NCBI RefSeq assembly: GCF_963921235.1
Contig: NC_086097.1
Span: forward strand, 183,832,001-183,896,000
From: Mobula hypostoma
Taxonomy: Eukaryota
Reading direction: 5' to 3'
Length of the DNA: 64,000 nucleotides
Made by a program: the position numbers and the translations under genes. The notes under the pieces were generated by a model that was not told where the DNA came from, made no database searches, and saw only the letters and a program-made list of their open reading frames with translations. Below, one piece after another: positions 1 through 11,529 of this stretch; the stretch's first letter is position 1, and every line of letters starts with the position of its first letter.

Positions 1-626
1 TGGAGCAATATATGAAATTATGACGCTGTTGCCATTACAGAGACTAGGTTGCATGAGCAACGGGACTGGCAGCTCAGCATTCCTGGGATTCAGTGTTTTA
101 GATGTGATACAGAGGGGGTCAAAAGAGGTGCGGGAGACACACTGAAGGGCTCATCCACAGAGGCAAACTGGGTGGAGCTGAAAAATACCACTGATAAGAT
201 TAGGTTCTCCCAATAGCCATAGAGAAGTGGAGGATCTGTAGATAAAACGTGGAAAGATGCAGAAACAACAGGTTTATCATAGTGGAAACTTTAACTTTCC
301 CAGTATTGATTGGAACTTCCTTAATACAAGATACATAGGAATCCAGAGGGGTTCTTGCAATAATTTGTGGAGGGTCCAACTGAAGGAGAAAACATTCTGG
401 ACCTAGTTTTGGAAAATGAGCCAGACTTATCATGGATGAATATTTTGGGGGATAGCAATGATAGCTCATTATGGTTTAAGATTTATAAGGGTAAAGTGGG
501 ATCTTGCAGAAAGGCACAAATGTGGGGAAGGGAAGATTCCAACAGGATAAGTCAGGAGCTGATGGGCATTAAATGGAAGCAGGTGATATTGGACAAGTCC
601 GCATCTGATATGTGGGTTCATTGAAT

Positions 627-753
627 ACTATTGAAGGATTTTGACTCGAAATGATGACTCTCCATTTCATTCCAAAGATGTTGCCTGACCCAATAAGTTC
701 TTCCAGCATTTTGAGTGTTGCTTCACATTTCCAGTATCTGCAGTTTCTCTTGC
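627..753 (+). mobile_element. Solo Penelope-like terminal module with degenerate hammerhead core
   Basis: gatgttgcctgaccc...ttccagcattttg...atttccagtatctgcag matches the module at 56809-56906, 58830-58950 and 62935-63065. Confidence 0.7.
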
Positions 754-1695
754 CTGGTAAGTTAAGGGGACCTTGGATGACCTGAGAGGTTCTAAATTTA
801 GTCAGGAAGAAAAAGCACATGTAAGTTTTAGAAAGCTAAAATCAGACTGGGCCCTTGGGGAATATAAAGATGACGGGAAAGTACTCAAGTAGGTGATTAA
901 GAAGGCCTTAAGAAAACATGAAATGTCCTTGGTGAGTAGGATCAAGAACAACAGCGAGGAATTTTATACCTATATTGAGAAATATATGATAACGAAAGAG
1001 GTCAACTCAAGAATAAAGGATAGAATTTGTGTTTGAAGTCAGAGCTTAGGTATTTAAATATAATTTTCTGTTGGTATTTATAAAGTACTCATTTACTACT
1101 TCAAATAAATTGGAGGACAGTGAAATTAGAGTGGGCCATGCTAATAAGCTGGGGCACTTTGAAATTGAGGAGATAGAGCTGGGTATTCTGAAAAGCATTA
1201 AGCTGGATACATCCCCAGAGTCTGACTGCACATTCTTTGATAAGAATCTTTATGTCCTCACCAGCAACAGGCAAGATCCCAGAGGACTGGAGGGTAGTAA
1301 ATGTTGCGCCTTAGTTCAAAAAAGGAAATAGGGATTATTTCTAGGGAAAACTAGTTAATTATAGGCAGTGAGCCTCATGTCAGTGGTACAGAAGTAATTG
1401 GAAATGATACTGAGAGATAGGGTTTGTGTGCATTTGGAAAGGCATGACTTGCTCAGGGATAGTCAGTAGGGCTTTGTACGGGCCAGGTCATGCATTACAA
1501 AATTGACTGAGGAGGTGACAAAGGTGCTTTATGAGGAGAAGCAGTAAACGTTACCTACATGGACTTCAGTAAGGCATTTGATAAGGTCCATTAAGGCAGG
1601 TTGATTCAGAAGTTAAGGATGCATGGGATTCAGTGTAACTTGCAAATTGGATTCAGATCTGGCTTGCCCATAGATGACATAAAGAAGGGTGGAGG

Positions 1696-3124
1696 TGTCA
1701 CAACCACGGATTCGGCAGTGCAGTAGATACGGCAATTGCGCTTGTGAATTTGCACATGTCAGCTAATCACTATTTAATCGTGATAGTATTTAACTCCACA
1801 CTTGTCGTCGTTGTGCTTGTCGAGACTCGGACAGAGCACAGCAACACTTCGCTGTCTTTGCTTTCGGCCTTCCCTGAGAAATTCGACTTTTGAGTCAACT
1901 GATTCTGAAGACTAGCGGTATTTGTTTAATGTTTAGATTTTCTTTACAGCCACAGTGTGGGCTTCGTTTTCCTTTAGAGAGTTTTAGTTAATGGGCCTAT
2001 TTGGTCTAGCATTTATTGTTTATTTTCCCTTTGTCACGGACCCCGTGATGGGGATAAAGAACCAGCAGAGATGGAAAACACTTTGGAGTCTCGTATTGCT
2101 ATAAACTAATGCTATTTATTAGTAACTATGCAATACAGTAATATTAATGTAAATAAATCAAACAGGTTAGCAATGATTATATATAAAAGTAAGTGTGGAA
2201 TATATATGTATGAAAAAACCAAGCTTCTTTAAGTCTAGGGGTAAAAAGATACAGTCTTACGATGTTGAGTAAAGTTCAGTTCAGTTCAGTTCAGTTCATG
2301 GTATTTAGTTGAGTAGTGATGGAGAGAGAGAGAGAGAGAGAGAGTGATTTCAGTCTTCAGGTGAGCTGATGCCGTTGATCTTCTCATCGTCCTCCGAAAT
2401 CCTTTACAAGTCACCGACTGTGACTTTAACCAGGGGGACCGGTCTTCTGTGGTGGAGCTATCACCTAGGCGAGGGTGGACACATAGACAACTCCCCACCA
2501 GTCAACCCCTTCTCCTTCACTGGAATAGCAACTTGGATCGATCCGCCTGATCGATCCTCCAAAACCCACTTTCTCTGCGGGCACAACAATGCTCATTCAG
2601 TGTCCAGATCATGTGTCCTGAGGTCTGTATCATCTGACCTCCTATTTATTTCACCAGGCTGAGCATCACCTGTCATTCAAAGAGTTCCTCCTTCCTTTGT
2701 CTGTAAAGGAGTACAAGCAGGCAACAAGTCCTTGGAAGGAACATCAATAACCAGCTGAAAATCATAACATCGAGTGACCACTGCCTTCGGTCACCACAGC
2801 AACCTTCGAGCTGCTCGGTGCTGTCTCCAACTCCCAACTCAGTAAAAATCCAAAGTTACTTCCAATGCCTTAAAGTGACAGTCCAACTGTTAATCTTCTT
2901 CTCTCCGTCTCTTTTCCAAAAGCAACATATCGGTGGTAAATAACTCTGTCTCTCTCTCCTTTCCAAAAAAACCATCAATGATAAATGTCTCTCTCCAAAC
3001 AGTTAACAGGGGCACTCCTGGATCCCCTCACACCTTGAACACTGTTCACATTAAAGTTTGTGAACTATCGACCTTCTTCAGTGTCTCTCACTCCGCACTT
3101 GGGCCATATCCAAACCTGGTAACA
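1696..3124 (+). mobile_element. Solo LTR (outer), TG...CA, 5-bp TSD
   Basis: GGAGG at 1691-1695 and 3125-3129; ends TGTCAC...GTAACA; ATTAAA near the 3' end; CR1 sequence resumes on both sides. Confidence 0.85.
2032..3032 (-). mobile_element. Solo LTR (inner, about 1 kb), TG...CA, 4-bp TSD
   Basis: CCTT at 2028-2031 and 3033-3036; AATAAA on the minus strand near 2115; internal (GTTCA)n and (GA)n tracts. Confidence 0.85.
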
Positions 3125-3734
3125 GGAGGGCTGTTATTCTGGCTGGAGGTCTGTGACCTGTGGTGTTCCACAATTACAGATGTTGTTTGTGACTGAGATA
3201 AAAATATTGATGGTTAGATTAGCAAATTTGCAGATGACACCTATATTAGTAGAGTTGTAGACAATGTAAGTGACTATCATAGAAAGCAGCAGAATATAGA
3301 TCAGTTACACATATGAGCAGAGAAGAGGTAGATGAAGTTTACACTGGGCAAGTGTGAGATGTTGCACTTTGTAAAGAGAAAGCAGACAGTTAGTGTGAGA
3401 CCTTGAATAACACTGAGGTACAAAGGGATCTTGGGGTCCATGTCTATAGATCATTGAAATTGGCTATGAAGTGGATAAGATGGTAAAGACATATTGCATG
3501 TTTTCCTTCATTAGTAAGGGTGTTGAGTATAAGAGTAAGGAAGTCATATTGCAATGATATAAAAGTTTAGTCAGAATGCACGTGGAGTATAATGTGCAGC
3601 TTTGGTAGCCCGTTGAAGGAAAGATATTCAGACTGTGGAGGTGGTCAGAAATGCTTTATCAAGAGTTTTCCTGGATTAGGGGGTAATAGGTGTAAGGAAA
3701 GACTTGGCAAACTTGGGTTTCTCCCATTTTCTCC

Positions 3735-5838
3735 AAACTCAAGGGGTAGCCATGGTCACTCACATGGGCCCCTGCCTTTTCATTGGCTATGTGGTACAAT
3801 CATGTTCCAAGCCCTCCCTGGTAATTCTCCACAACTCTTTCTGACCTACATTGATGAATGCATTGGTGCTGCTTCATGAACCCATTCCGAGCTCATGAAT
3901 TTCATCAACTTTGTCTCCAAATTCCACCCTGCCCTTAAATTCACCTGGTCCATTGCTGTCAAGGTGGCGCTAAATGGCAACTCCTTCGCTTGCATCTTCG
4001 GAAGCAGCTCTATTTCCATCTCCTTTTTTCCTTTTTAGGTTCCTTTGAAGACCTTGACCTGGAGTTACACTCTGACTTTGGTTCTTTGCGGGAATGGGAC
4101 CCACTCTCAGGGTCTCATGATCGGCTGCTTTTTGATATCCCATGGATGCAGCCTGGAAGATGAGCGCGCCTTCTGGGTTCCAGAATTTTGTGGCTCTGGG
4201 GACATGCTGATTCTAGACCAGTGCTCCTGACTGAAACGTCGTGGGAGAACACGGAACGTCGGGAGCAGCGGCTTAGCTGCCGTGGATCGTGTGTCCAGAG
4301 GGCTTCACTTCTCTGGATGCAGAGCTCGGAAAAAGCGAAGCAAGACTTTTAACATCGTAAATCAGCGAGTTGTTTGTTATGTCTCCCCTTTCACTGTGAA
4401 ATGGAGACATCTCTTTCTCCCTTATTAGGGAGAGAGAGAGAGGCTGAAGTATGTCAAATGAATGAGTGGTTTTTGGAGTACTGCAAGTCTATGTCTTTAT
4501 TGATGCTTCGCTGCACGTTTGAGTGCTCAGTGGAGGGTTCTGATGGGGTGGGGGTGGAGTCGTTTACTTGCTGCTGCTTGTATGTGGGGGGGGAGCTGGA
4601 GGGGGCTTTGGGGTTCTAATGTTTAACTGTCATTCATTCTTTGGGGTACTCCTCTGTTTTTGTGGATGTTTGCGAAGAAAAAGAATTTCAAGATATATTG
4701 TATACATTTCTCTGACATTAAGTATACCTTTTGAAACCTTTCTCTACTGTCTCGCTATTTCTGTCTCCATTTCTGGAGACAAACTGTTTACAGGCATCTT
4801 TTATAAACTTATTGATTTCCATGGCTATCTTGACTATACTTCTTTCCACCATGTCTCCTGTACAAATACTATTCCCTTTTTTATAGTCCCTCTGTCTCCA
4901 CCACATCTGTTTCTAGGATGGGGCTTTTCTTTCCAGGATATCAGAGATGTCTTTCTTCTTCAAAGAATGCAGTTTTCCTTCTTCCACCATTGATGCTGCC
5001 CTCACCCACATCTCCTCAATTTCTCAGACATTCAGGCTCACATCTTCTTCCCACTTTAACAGTGATACAGTTCCTCCTGTCCTCACCTACCACCCTATGA
5101 GACTCCACATCCAATGCATCATCGTCCGCAACTTGGCCATCTTAAACAGGATCTTATTATCAAACACATCTTTACTTATCACCCCCCCCCGTCTCTGCGT
5201 TCCACAGGGATCACTTCCTCCATGAATTGCTTGTCCTGTCATTACGCCCCACTAATCTCCCTCCTGGCACATATCCCTACAAGCGAGAGAAATCTACACC
5301 TGCCCATTCACTTCTTCCCTCACCTCTATTCAGGGTCCCAAACAGTCCTTCCAGGTGAGGCATCACTTTACCTGTGAATCTATTGCGGTTGTTTATTGTA
5401 TCTAGTGTTCCCAATGTGGCCTTCTCTACACTGGTGAGACCCGATGTAAACTGGGGGACTGCTTAGTAGAGCATCTCTAATCCATCCGCTAAAACAGGAA
5501 TTTCCCGGTGGTCAACTATCTTTATTCCTATCCCCATTCCCGCTCCGACATATTGGTCCATGACCTCCGCTTCTGCCATGATGAGGCCACACTCAGGATG
5601 GAGTAGCAGCACCTTATATTCCATCTGGGTAGCCTCCAACCTGAGGGCATGTTCCTTGATTTCTCCTTCTGGTAATTTTTTTCTCATTTTTTTTCTTTTC
5701 CCCTCCCACTTCCCTCTTCTATTCCCCACTCTGGCCTCTTACTTCTTCTCCTCATCTGCCTACCATTTCCCCCTGTTGTTCCTCACATGGTCCACCCTCC
5801 TGTCCTAACAGATTCCTTCTTCTCCAGCCCTTTACCTG
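3735..5838 (+). mobile_element. Penelope-like element fragment (RT + GIY-YIG), interrupted at 3960-4738
   Basis: QTQGVAM...MGP and TYIDECIG RT motifs; PPVLTYHP; VYCI.CSQCGLLYTGET GIY-YIG; pyrimidine-rich 3' part. Confidence 0.88.
3960..4738 (+). mobile_element. Non-coding element with Rex1/Babar-like ends (putative non-autonomous derivative)
   Basis: Starts aaggtggcgc; 3' end gaatttcaagatatattgtatacat...attaagtataccttttgaa resembles the Rex1 tail at 54715-54781; splits the Penelope RT. Confidence 0.55.
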
Positions 5839-5858
5839 ATACACAGAAGAGGATTTTT

Positions 5859-6500
5859 GTATAAATAGGCATCAAGTTCAGCACAACATTGTGGGCCAGA
5901 TGCACTGTCCAGTGCTATATTGATCCTGAATGAAAATGTGACACCTTACTCATCATGGAAGAGATGATGAGAGGTAATGAGTTCATGGAGGGAAACATGG
6001 ATAGTTTAGAGTGGGTCATTACAAAGAAGTAAGCGTTAGATACATTGGAATGCATAAGAGTTGATAAATCCCACTGATTGAATGAGATCACCTATGCTGC
6101 TCCTAGAAACAAGGGAGGAGATAGCTGTGGGTCTGAAGGAATTTTTTTGCATCTTTGTTAGCCTCAGGTATGGTGCCAGAAGGATGGAGACTCATCAATA
6201 TTGATCCTTTATTTTGGAAGGCAGCAGAAATAAGCTTGGTAACTATAGGACCTACTTAAGTGGTGGAGGAATTATTAAAGGAAACTTAATTTGGAAAGAC
6301 AAGGCCGATCAGGGATAGCCAGCCTGGTGCTGTGTGCGGGGAAATCCTCATCAATTTGATTGAGTTTTTTGAGGAGTGAAGTATTGCGGAGGTAAGATTG
6401 ATGAAGTCAGGGGCAATAAACATTGTCCAAATGGATTTATATAATTCCTGGTCACCAAATTAGAGGAAGGATATGATGGTACTGAAAGAATGCAGAGGAA
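5859..6500 (+). mobile_element. CR1 fragments (3' tail fused to mid-ORF2 piece)
   Basis: cagcacaacattgtgggcc tail, then decayed VDKS..., VPEGWR, GNYRT, NLIEFFEE motifs. Confidence 0.75.
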
Positions 6501-6502
6501 AT

Positions 6503-7655
6503 TCAAGATTGAAGATTGAAGACTGAAGATTCAAATTGTTTAATGTCATTTCCAGTATATAAATGTAAAGGAGAATAAAATAATTGTTACTCTGGATCTG
6601 ATGCAGCACAAAAAAAGCACAATAAATATAAATATATTTGATATCATGATAGTATGATTATAAAATGATGTTAGGCACAGGAGTGACTGTACAAAGGTGA
6701 TACTGAAAGGAAATGAATAAGCAGTACTGGTGGGGGGTTTTTGAGTGAACATTTAGTATAAATTGGCATCACATTCAGCACAACACCGTGAGCCGACTGC
6801 CCTGTCCAGTGCTTTACTGTTCTAGGTTTTATGCAGGTGGGATCCGAAATGAGTATCTATCATCTTACTGACCGTGAAAGAGATGATGAGAGAGAGTGAA
6901 TTTATGATGGGAATCATGGAAAGTTTGGAGCAGGACATGACTAAGAAGTAAGGGTTAGTGGGTGATGTTGATCAACCTGACTGTTGGTGAAAGTAACTGT
7001 TTTTCAGTCTGGTAGTCTTAGTGTGGATGCTACATAACCTTCTCCCTGATGCGAGTGGGACGAACAGTCCATGATCAGGGTGGATGATATCCTTCGTGAT
7101 GTTACTGGCCTTTTTTCAATGCCTTTCTGAATGTATATGTTCTTGACGGTGGGTAGGTTTGTGCTGGTGATGCATCAGGGAGTTTTGACTCTCCATGGTA
7201 GAGCTTCCTGTCCGCTGCAGTGCAGCTTCTGTACCATGCAGTGATGCAGCGTGTTAGGGTGCTCTCTACTGCACATCTTGAGGAGGCCGTGAATACTAGT
7301 GTGCATAATCCAGCTCTCTTCAGCCTCCTCAGGAAGTAGATGTGTAGGGGAGCTTTCTTGGTTGTGTAGAATGTGTTCTGGGACCATGAGGGGTTATGTA
7401 AGATGTGCACTTCCAGGAGTTTGAAAATGCTTGCAGATTCCATTGTGTGCCACTGATGTAAAGAGGGCTGTCAGTAGTGAGTTCTCCTGAAGTCAATAAC
7501 CACCTCCATTGTCTTGTTGACATTGAGGAAGATGTTATTTGCCTGGCACCAGGCCTTGAGCGCTTCCACCTCCTTACTGTAGGCTTTCTTATCATTGTTG
7601 GAGGTGAACCCCACCACTGTCTTATCATTGTTGGAGATGAGTCGTTTCATCATCA
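6503..7655 (-). mobile_element. Rex1/Babar LINE 3' fragment
   Basis: ORFs 7471..7656 (AWCQANNIFLNVNKTMEVVIDFR) and 7102..7443 (YFLRRLKRA...CAVESTLTRCITAWY); tail of AAGATTG/AAGATTC repeats on the plus strand. Confidence 0.88.
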
Positions 7656-7659
7656 TTGT

Positions 7660-8320
7660 GTTATTTCACCAGGATGTTGATGGGATTGAAAGCTATTTGT
7701 TATAGAGAGACATTGGGTAGGGTGGGCTTGCTTTCCCTGGGGAAAACGAGGCTAAAGAGTTGATGCACTATCAATTACTCCAAAAGACTGGAAGTAGAGT
7801 AAATACTGAAAGGTTTTTATTAACAGTAAATGGTCCAATGTCCATGCTAAGTATCTGCCCTGGACTGAGAGGAGGAGCAGTGGCACAATCGCCTTTATTC
7901 AGGGGTCTGTGGGAGGAGCCACGGGAGCAGTCAGCAGAGGGGTGTGTCCAGGTATGTCCAGACAGGTAACCCAGTTACAACATACATATATGGTTTACCA
8001 CAAGGGTGATATGTAAAGAGGTTTATAAAATTATAAGAGGTTAGATAGATTTTCCCATGGTACGACTATCAAAACATAAGAAACTAAGTTTAAGGTGAGG
8101 GTAAGGAGTTTTAAAGAGGAGTTGGGGATAATTTTTTACATAGAGTAGCTGATATCTGGAATTTATTGCCCAGTTACTACATTTAGGACATTTAGGAATG
8201 CCCTGAAGTATGCAAGTCACAAAACAATATACATACCTAATTTGAGGTCGGTGTAAATGGGCATAGTGACCATGGACATGATGAGCTGAAAGGTCATTTT
8301 CAGTGTTGTACCACTCCCTA
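7660..8320 (+). mobile_element. CR1 3' end, interrupted by a short solo LTR
   Basis: FTRML, GLLSL, EVYKII, KFKVR motifs, then 3' UTR. Confidence 0.8.
7761..8002 (-). mobile_element. Short solo LTR (242 bp)
   Basis: TG...CA ends; near-perfect 5-bp TSD AGAGT/AGGGT; AATAAA motifs on the minus strand; CR1 contiguous across it. Confidence 0.7.
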
Positions 8321-8475
8321 AGCCTGCGACATCATTCTCAAGTGATAAAGAATCCATTCATGAAATTAAAAACAGAAAACCAGGGAGCCAGGCCACATCA
8401 GAGGAAACAGAAGCAGAAGAGTCCACATTTCAGGTTGACAAAATTTTTAGCACCTGCAGTTTTCTGACTTTTGAA

Positions 8476-8807
8476 CAACATTCCCTCTAATATTTTTTTT
8501 TACAGCTGCATGGACCAACCGTTGCTCTGAGAAGGAGATTTTTATACGGCCTGAAAATTGCACAGCACTTGAAATGTTTCTTTAAATATGCATACTATGG
8601 ATATTTAGAATAAAAAAAATTAAAAATCACATACTCTTGATTTTTTTTATTAATTGAGGGTTATAATGAAATACAGTACAATAAAGAAAATCTTTCATGT
8701 TTCATAAGCTGCATCCAATTGCAGCTGGGCACCAACAAGGGCTATGCGCACAGGAGCATTTCAGTCACTGCACAGGTGCACACCCTCGCACCTTAGAGGG
8801 AGCAATG
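8476..8807. mobile_element. hAT-type MITE
   Basis: Imperfect TIRs caacattccctctaa / ttagagggagcaatg; perfect 8-bp TSD CTTTTGAA at 8468-8475 and 8808-8815. Confidence 0.85.
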
Positions 8808-10549
8808 CTTTTGAAACCATTCATAATGTGAATGGGGAATCAACCATTTGTGAAATATCAGTAGCGAGTTAAGGCAAAACGGTATCTGTTGTACAGATCA
8901 AGGAACTAATACTGTAAATGTCTGGGAAAAGTGCCAATGGCACTGTTGTGGAGACTCAAATAAAAAAGGAAGCCAGTCAACAAATTGAATCTGTAATCTA
9001 CAAATGAAGATCATTCCCATTCTCATTTTCCAAGGGGAAAAGCAGAAAGATGCATTCATATATGATATATGACATTGTTTTCTTTAGATATGATGACAGC
9101 ACCCCATCTGTCGTGATGCCTCCATGTTAAGCTTGAATAAAGAACACATACTTAGCAGCTCCATGCTAGTATTGTAGTTACAGCTTACCAGCTCTCCTAA
9201 CATAATCTAAGTTCTACTCAAGAAGATATTATATAATCATTTCCAAGGATATGATAGTGAAGGATTTCTGTTTATCATAGACAGTTAGAGATGGCATTTG
9301 ACACAGGCGATCCTGATAACGCTCCATGGAAGAATAAAAGCTATTGGTTGCTTATTGTAATTGCTTCCTGCGATTCTGGCTTACTTCTTTGTACATTAGA
9401 AAATGAGGTACTGTACTATGTCGCACAGACGGTGCCCAGTTTTATGTTTTATAGTGGAAGTAGTAATCAGCCTCAGCACCACTGAGCGAGAGTTGTGCAA
9501 GATGGAACCTGAATATTTCTGCTCAGGGTGGAACTGTGGTCATTAGGAAAAATGTCTTGCCAGCTCTTATTGTCTAAGATCACACACAGAGAATGGACAA
9601 TTTGACAGAGAGCAACAGTGCATCTATAACTTTTCTGGAGCAAAAAGCTATGCCTTCAGAAAAAAACTGTGGTGGCAAAAATAATGTAAAAACTGCAGTA
9701 ACTATGCTCAGAGCCCATCTGCCAAGTACACAGACATCACTGCCTGGGTGAATCTGAAGCTCAAGCCTAGCCTGACAATGACAGGGAGTGAAAAATGGAT
9801 GATGTGTCTTTATGGGAAACGATTGTGCCATATTATTATACCACTGTTCTTTTCAAGTGTGGTAGACAGCAGAGGATCCAGACTGTAAGGAAAGATAAAA
9901 ATGTGAGAAAGACACATCTTTACCCAGAGAATCACTGCTACAGGTGGTGTGTAATGCAGTGGGCTACAGCAAGGGTTACTATTCACAGAACGAACTGCTG
10001 CCACTGACATAAATCATTTCTCTTCTGCCTCAGAATGAATAATTGTGCCCCAGGGACCAATTTTCTGTAGAAAGTGCCCCACAAATCCTCTGTATCCCCA
10101 TGAGATATTCATTGTCATCTTATTGACTGTGCTTTATTTATTTGCTATTCGAGCAGACCAGGAGACCGCCAGGATAGTCCAATAAAATGGATTGTACATA
10201 ATTGACAAGTGCTGAGGAAAAGAGAATAACTCTGCTCTCGGTGTGCAGCAGAAAAAGTGACAAAAATAGAAACAGTGTGTTTGAAGCTGTTTACTAAAGG
10301 AAATCTATTGTTTTACATTAAACCTTAATCATTGTATCCTTAAGCATCATTTCTGAAGCAAAACGACAATAGCTTTCTCACCTTGTGAATTGGTAAATTC
10401 TAGAACTGCCTTCATTAATATGTTCACACCAGTATTTTTAGAGTTGGCTATATTTTCAAAACAACTGACAGATTCTTTCTTCTCAAGAAAGAATAATCTC
10501 CAAGGGGAACTTTAGGAAGCTCTAAATTCAATGGCAGCACTTTTAACTT

Positions 10550-10965
10550 GTTTTAAGATACTTACTGGAACAAGAGCCTTTGGTTTTATCACTGAATGTC
10601 ATAGTGGGTATGTGAGCACTGATAACCATGACGTGGTAAGAGCAGTTGAGCGGAAAGCAAAGTGTGACTAGTCGTTCATTGACACAGGTTGGTAGTGCTG
10701 GTAGCTGAGGCCGGAGCAAAGTCTTCATGGCTACTCCATGTATTTGATCTTTGTTTTCTGGTTTGCCTTTCCAGAAGGTGTAACTGCCCTTAGGCTCAGA
10801 AATAGAACATTCGCCTACAAGCTTGTACTCACTCAGTGTGGAAATGTTGTTGAAATGTGCCAGCTCTCATGCTACAAGGGCCGTCCTTTGTTCAGGCCTA
10901 TCACTATTATCATTGTCCAACAGAGTTCGGATGTTCCTAGATCCAAAAATCATTTTCGTGAGTAT
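10550..10965 (-). mobile_element. RTE-clade LINE, N-terminal APE endonuclease fragment
   Basis: Minus strand: NIRTLLDNDNSDRPEQRTALVA.ELA, YTFWKGKPE, LPTCVNERLVTLCFPL...VISAHIPTM (ORF 10543..10728). Confidence 0.85.
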
Positions 10966-10989
10966 TCGACAGGGTAAAACCACCAGCTG

Positions 10990-11500
10990 TGGCATGCTGA
11001 CCAGTTACTTTTATGAAATTAAAGGGAGCTTCCATACTGACATTAAATCATGAGAGTAACTCCTTCAGGTGATAAGCTCATCCTGACGAGTGACTTCAGT
11101 GCCAGGTAGGCAGCTGGAAAGGGTACTGGGACATCACGGTGTTGGTAAACTCAATGTCAATGATTTACTGCTGCTCAGTCGCTGTGCTGAAAAGGCTTGG
11201 CTATCACTAACACCCTCTTTAGACAAGCCAAGAAATACAAAACAACATGAATGTACCCCCATCCAAGCAGTGGCTCTTGATCGATTACATTATTCATCGC
11301 AGATAGGACTCTAGCGATATGAGGACCACTGGAGACATGCAGGGATCTGAGTGCTGGATGGATCATCACCTCATTAGATCAATCTTCCCACAGTACATTG
11401 TCCAAATGCGCCGAAAGACACCAAAAGTAATCCACTAACTCTTGATCCGGTCAAGTTGCAGCATGATAAACATTGGGAGCAATTTACAAACAGTCTCGAT
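10990..11500 (+). mobile_element. RTE-clade LINE endonuclease, C-terminal half
   Basis: GDKLILTSDFSAR, VLGHHGVGKLN..LLLLSRCAE, AITNTLF, KYKTT, WLLIDYII. Confidence 0.85.
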
Positions 11501-11529
11501 GATGGGAGTGTAGCACAAAAGTGGGATCA

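Larger units (their letters stand above)
1..3730 (+). mobile_element. Decayed CR1-clade LINE ORF2 (APE endonuclease to RT C-terminus), interrupted by a Penelope terminal module and nested solo LTRs
   Basis: Frameshifted CR1 motifs: YDAVAITET (start), PTEGENILDLVL (ORF 367..624), YMDFSKAFDKV (~1555), ISKFADDT (~3220), EY..QLW.P (~3585). Confidence 0.9.

Noticed and set aside
8495..8612. Acceptor tttttttttacag followed by a short open frame
   Set aside because: Lies inside the hAT MITE; no donor and no recognisable protein
10738..11053. Plus-strand ORFs after a good acceptor (cctttccag)
   Set aside because: Antisense to an RTE endonuclease fragment
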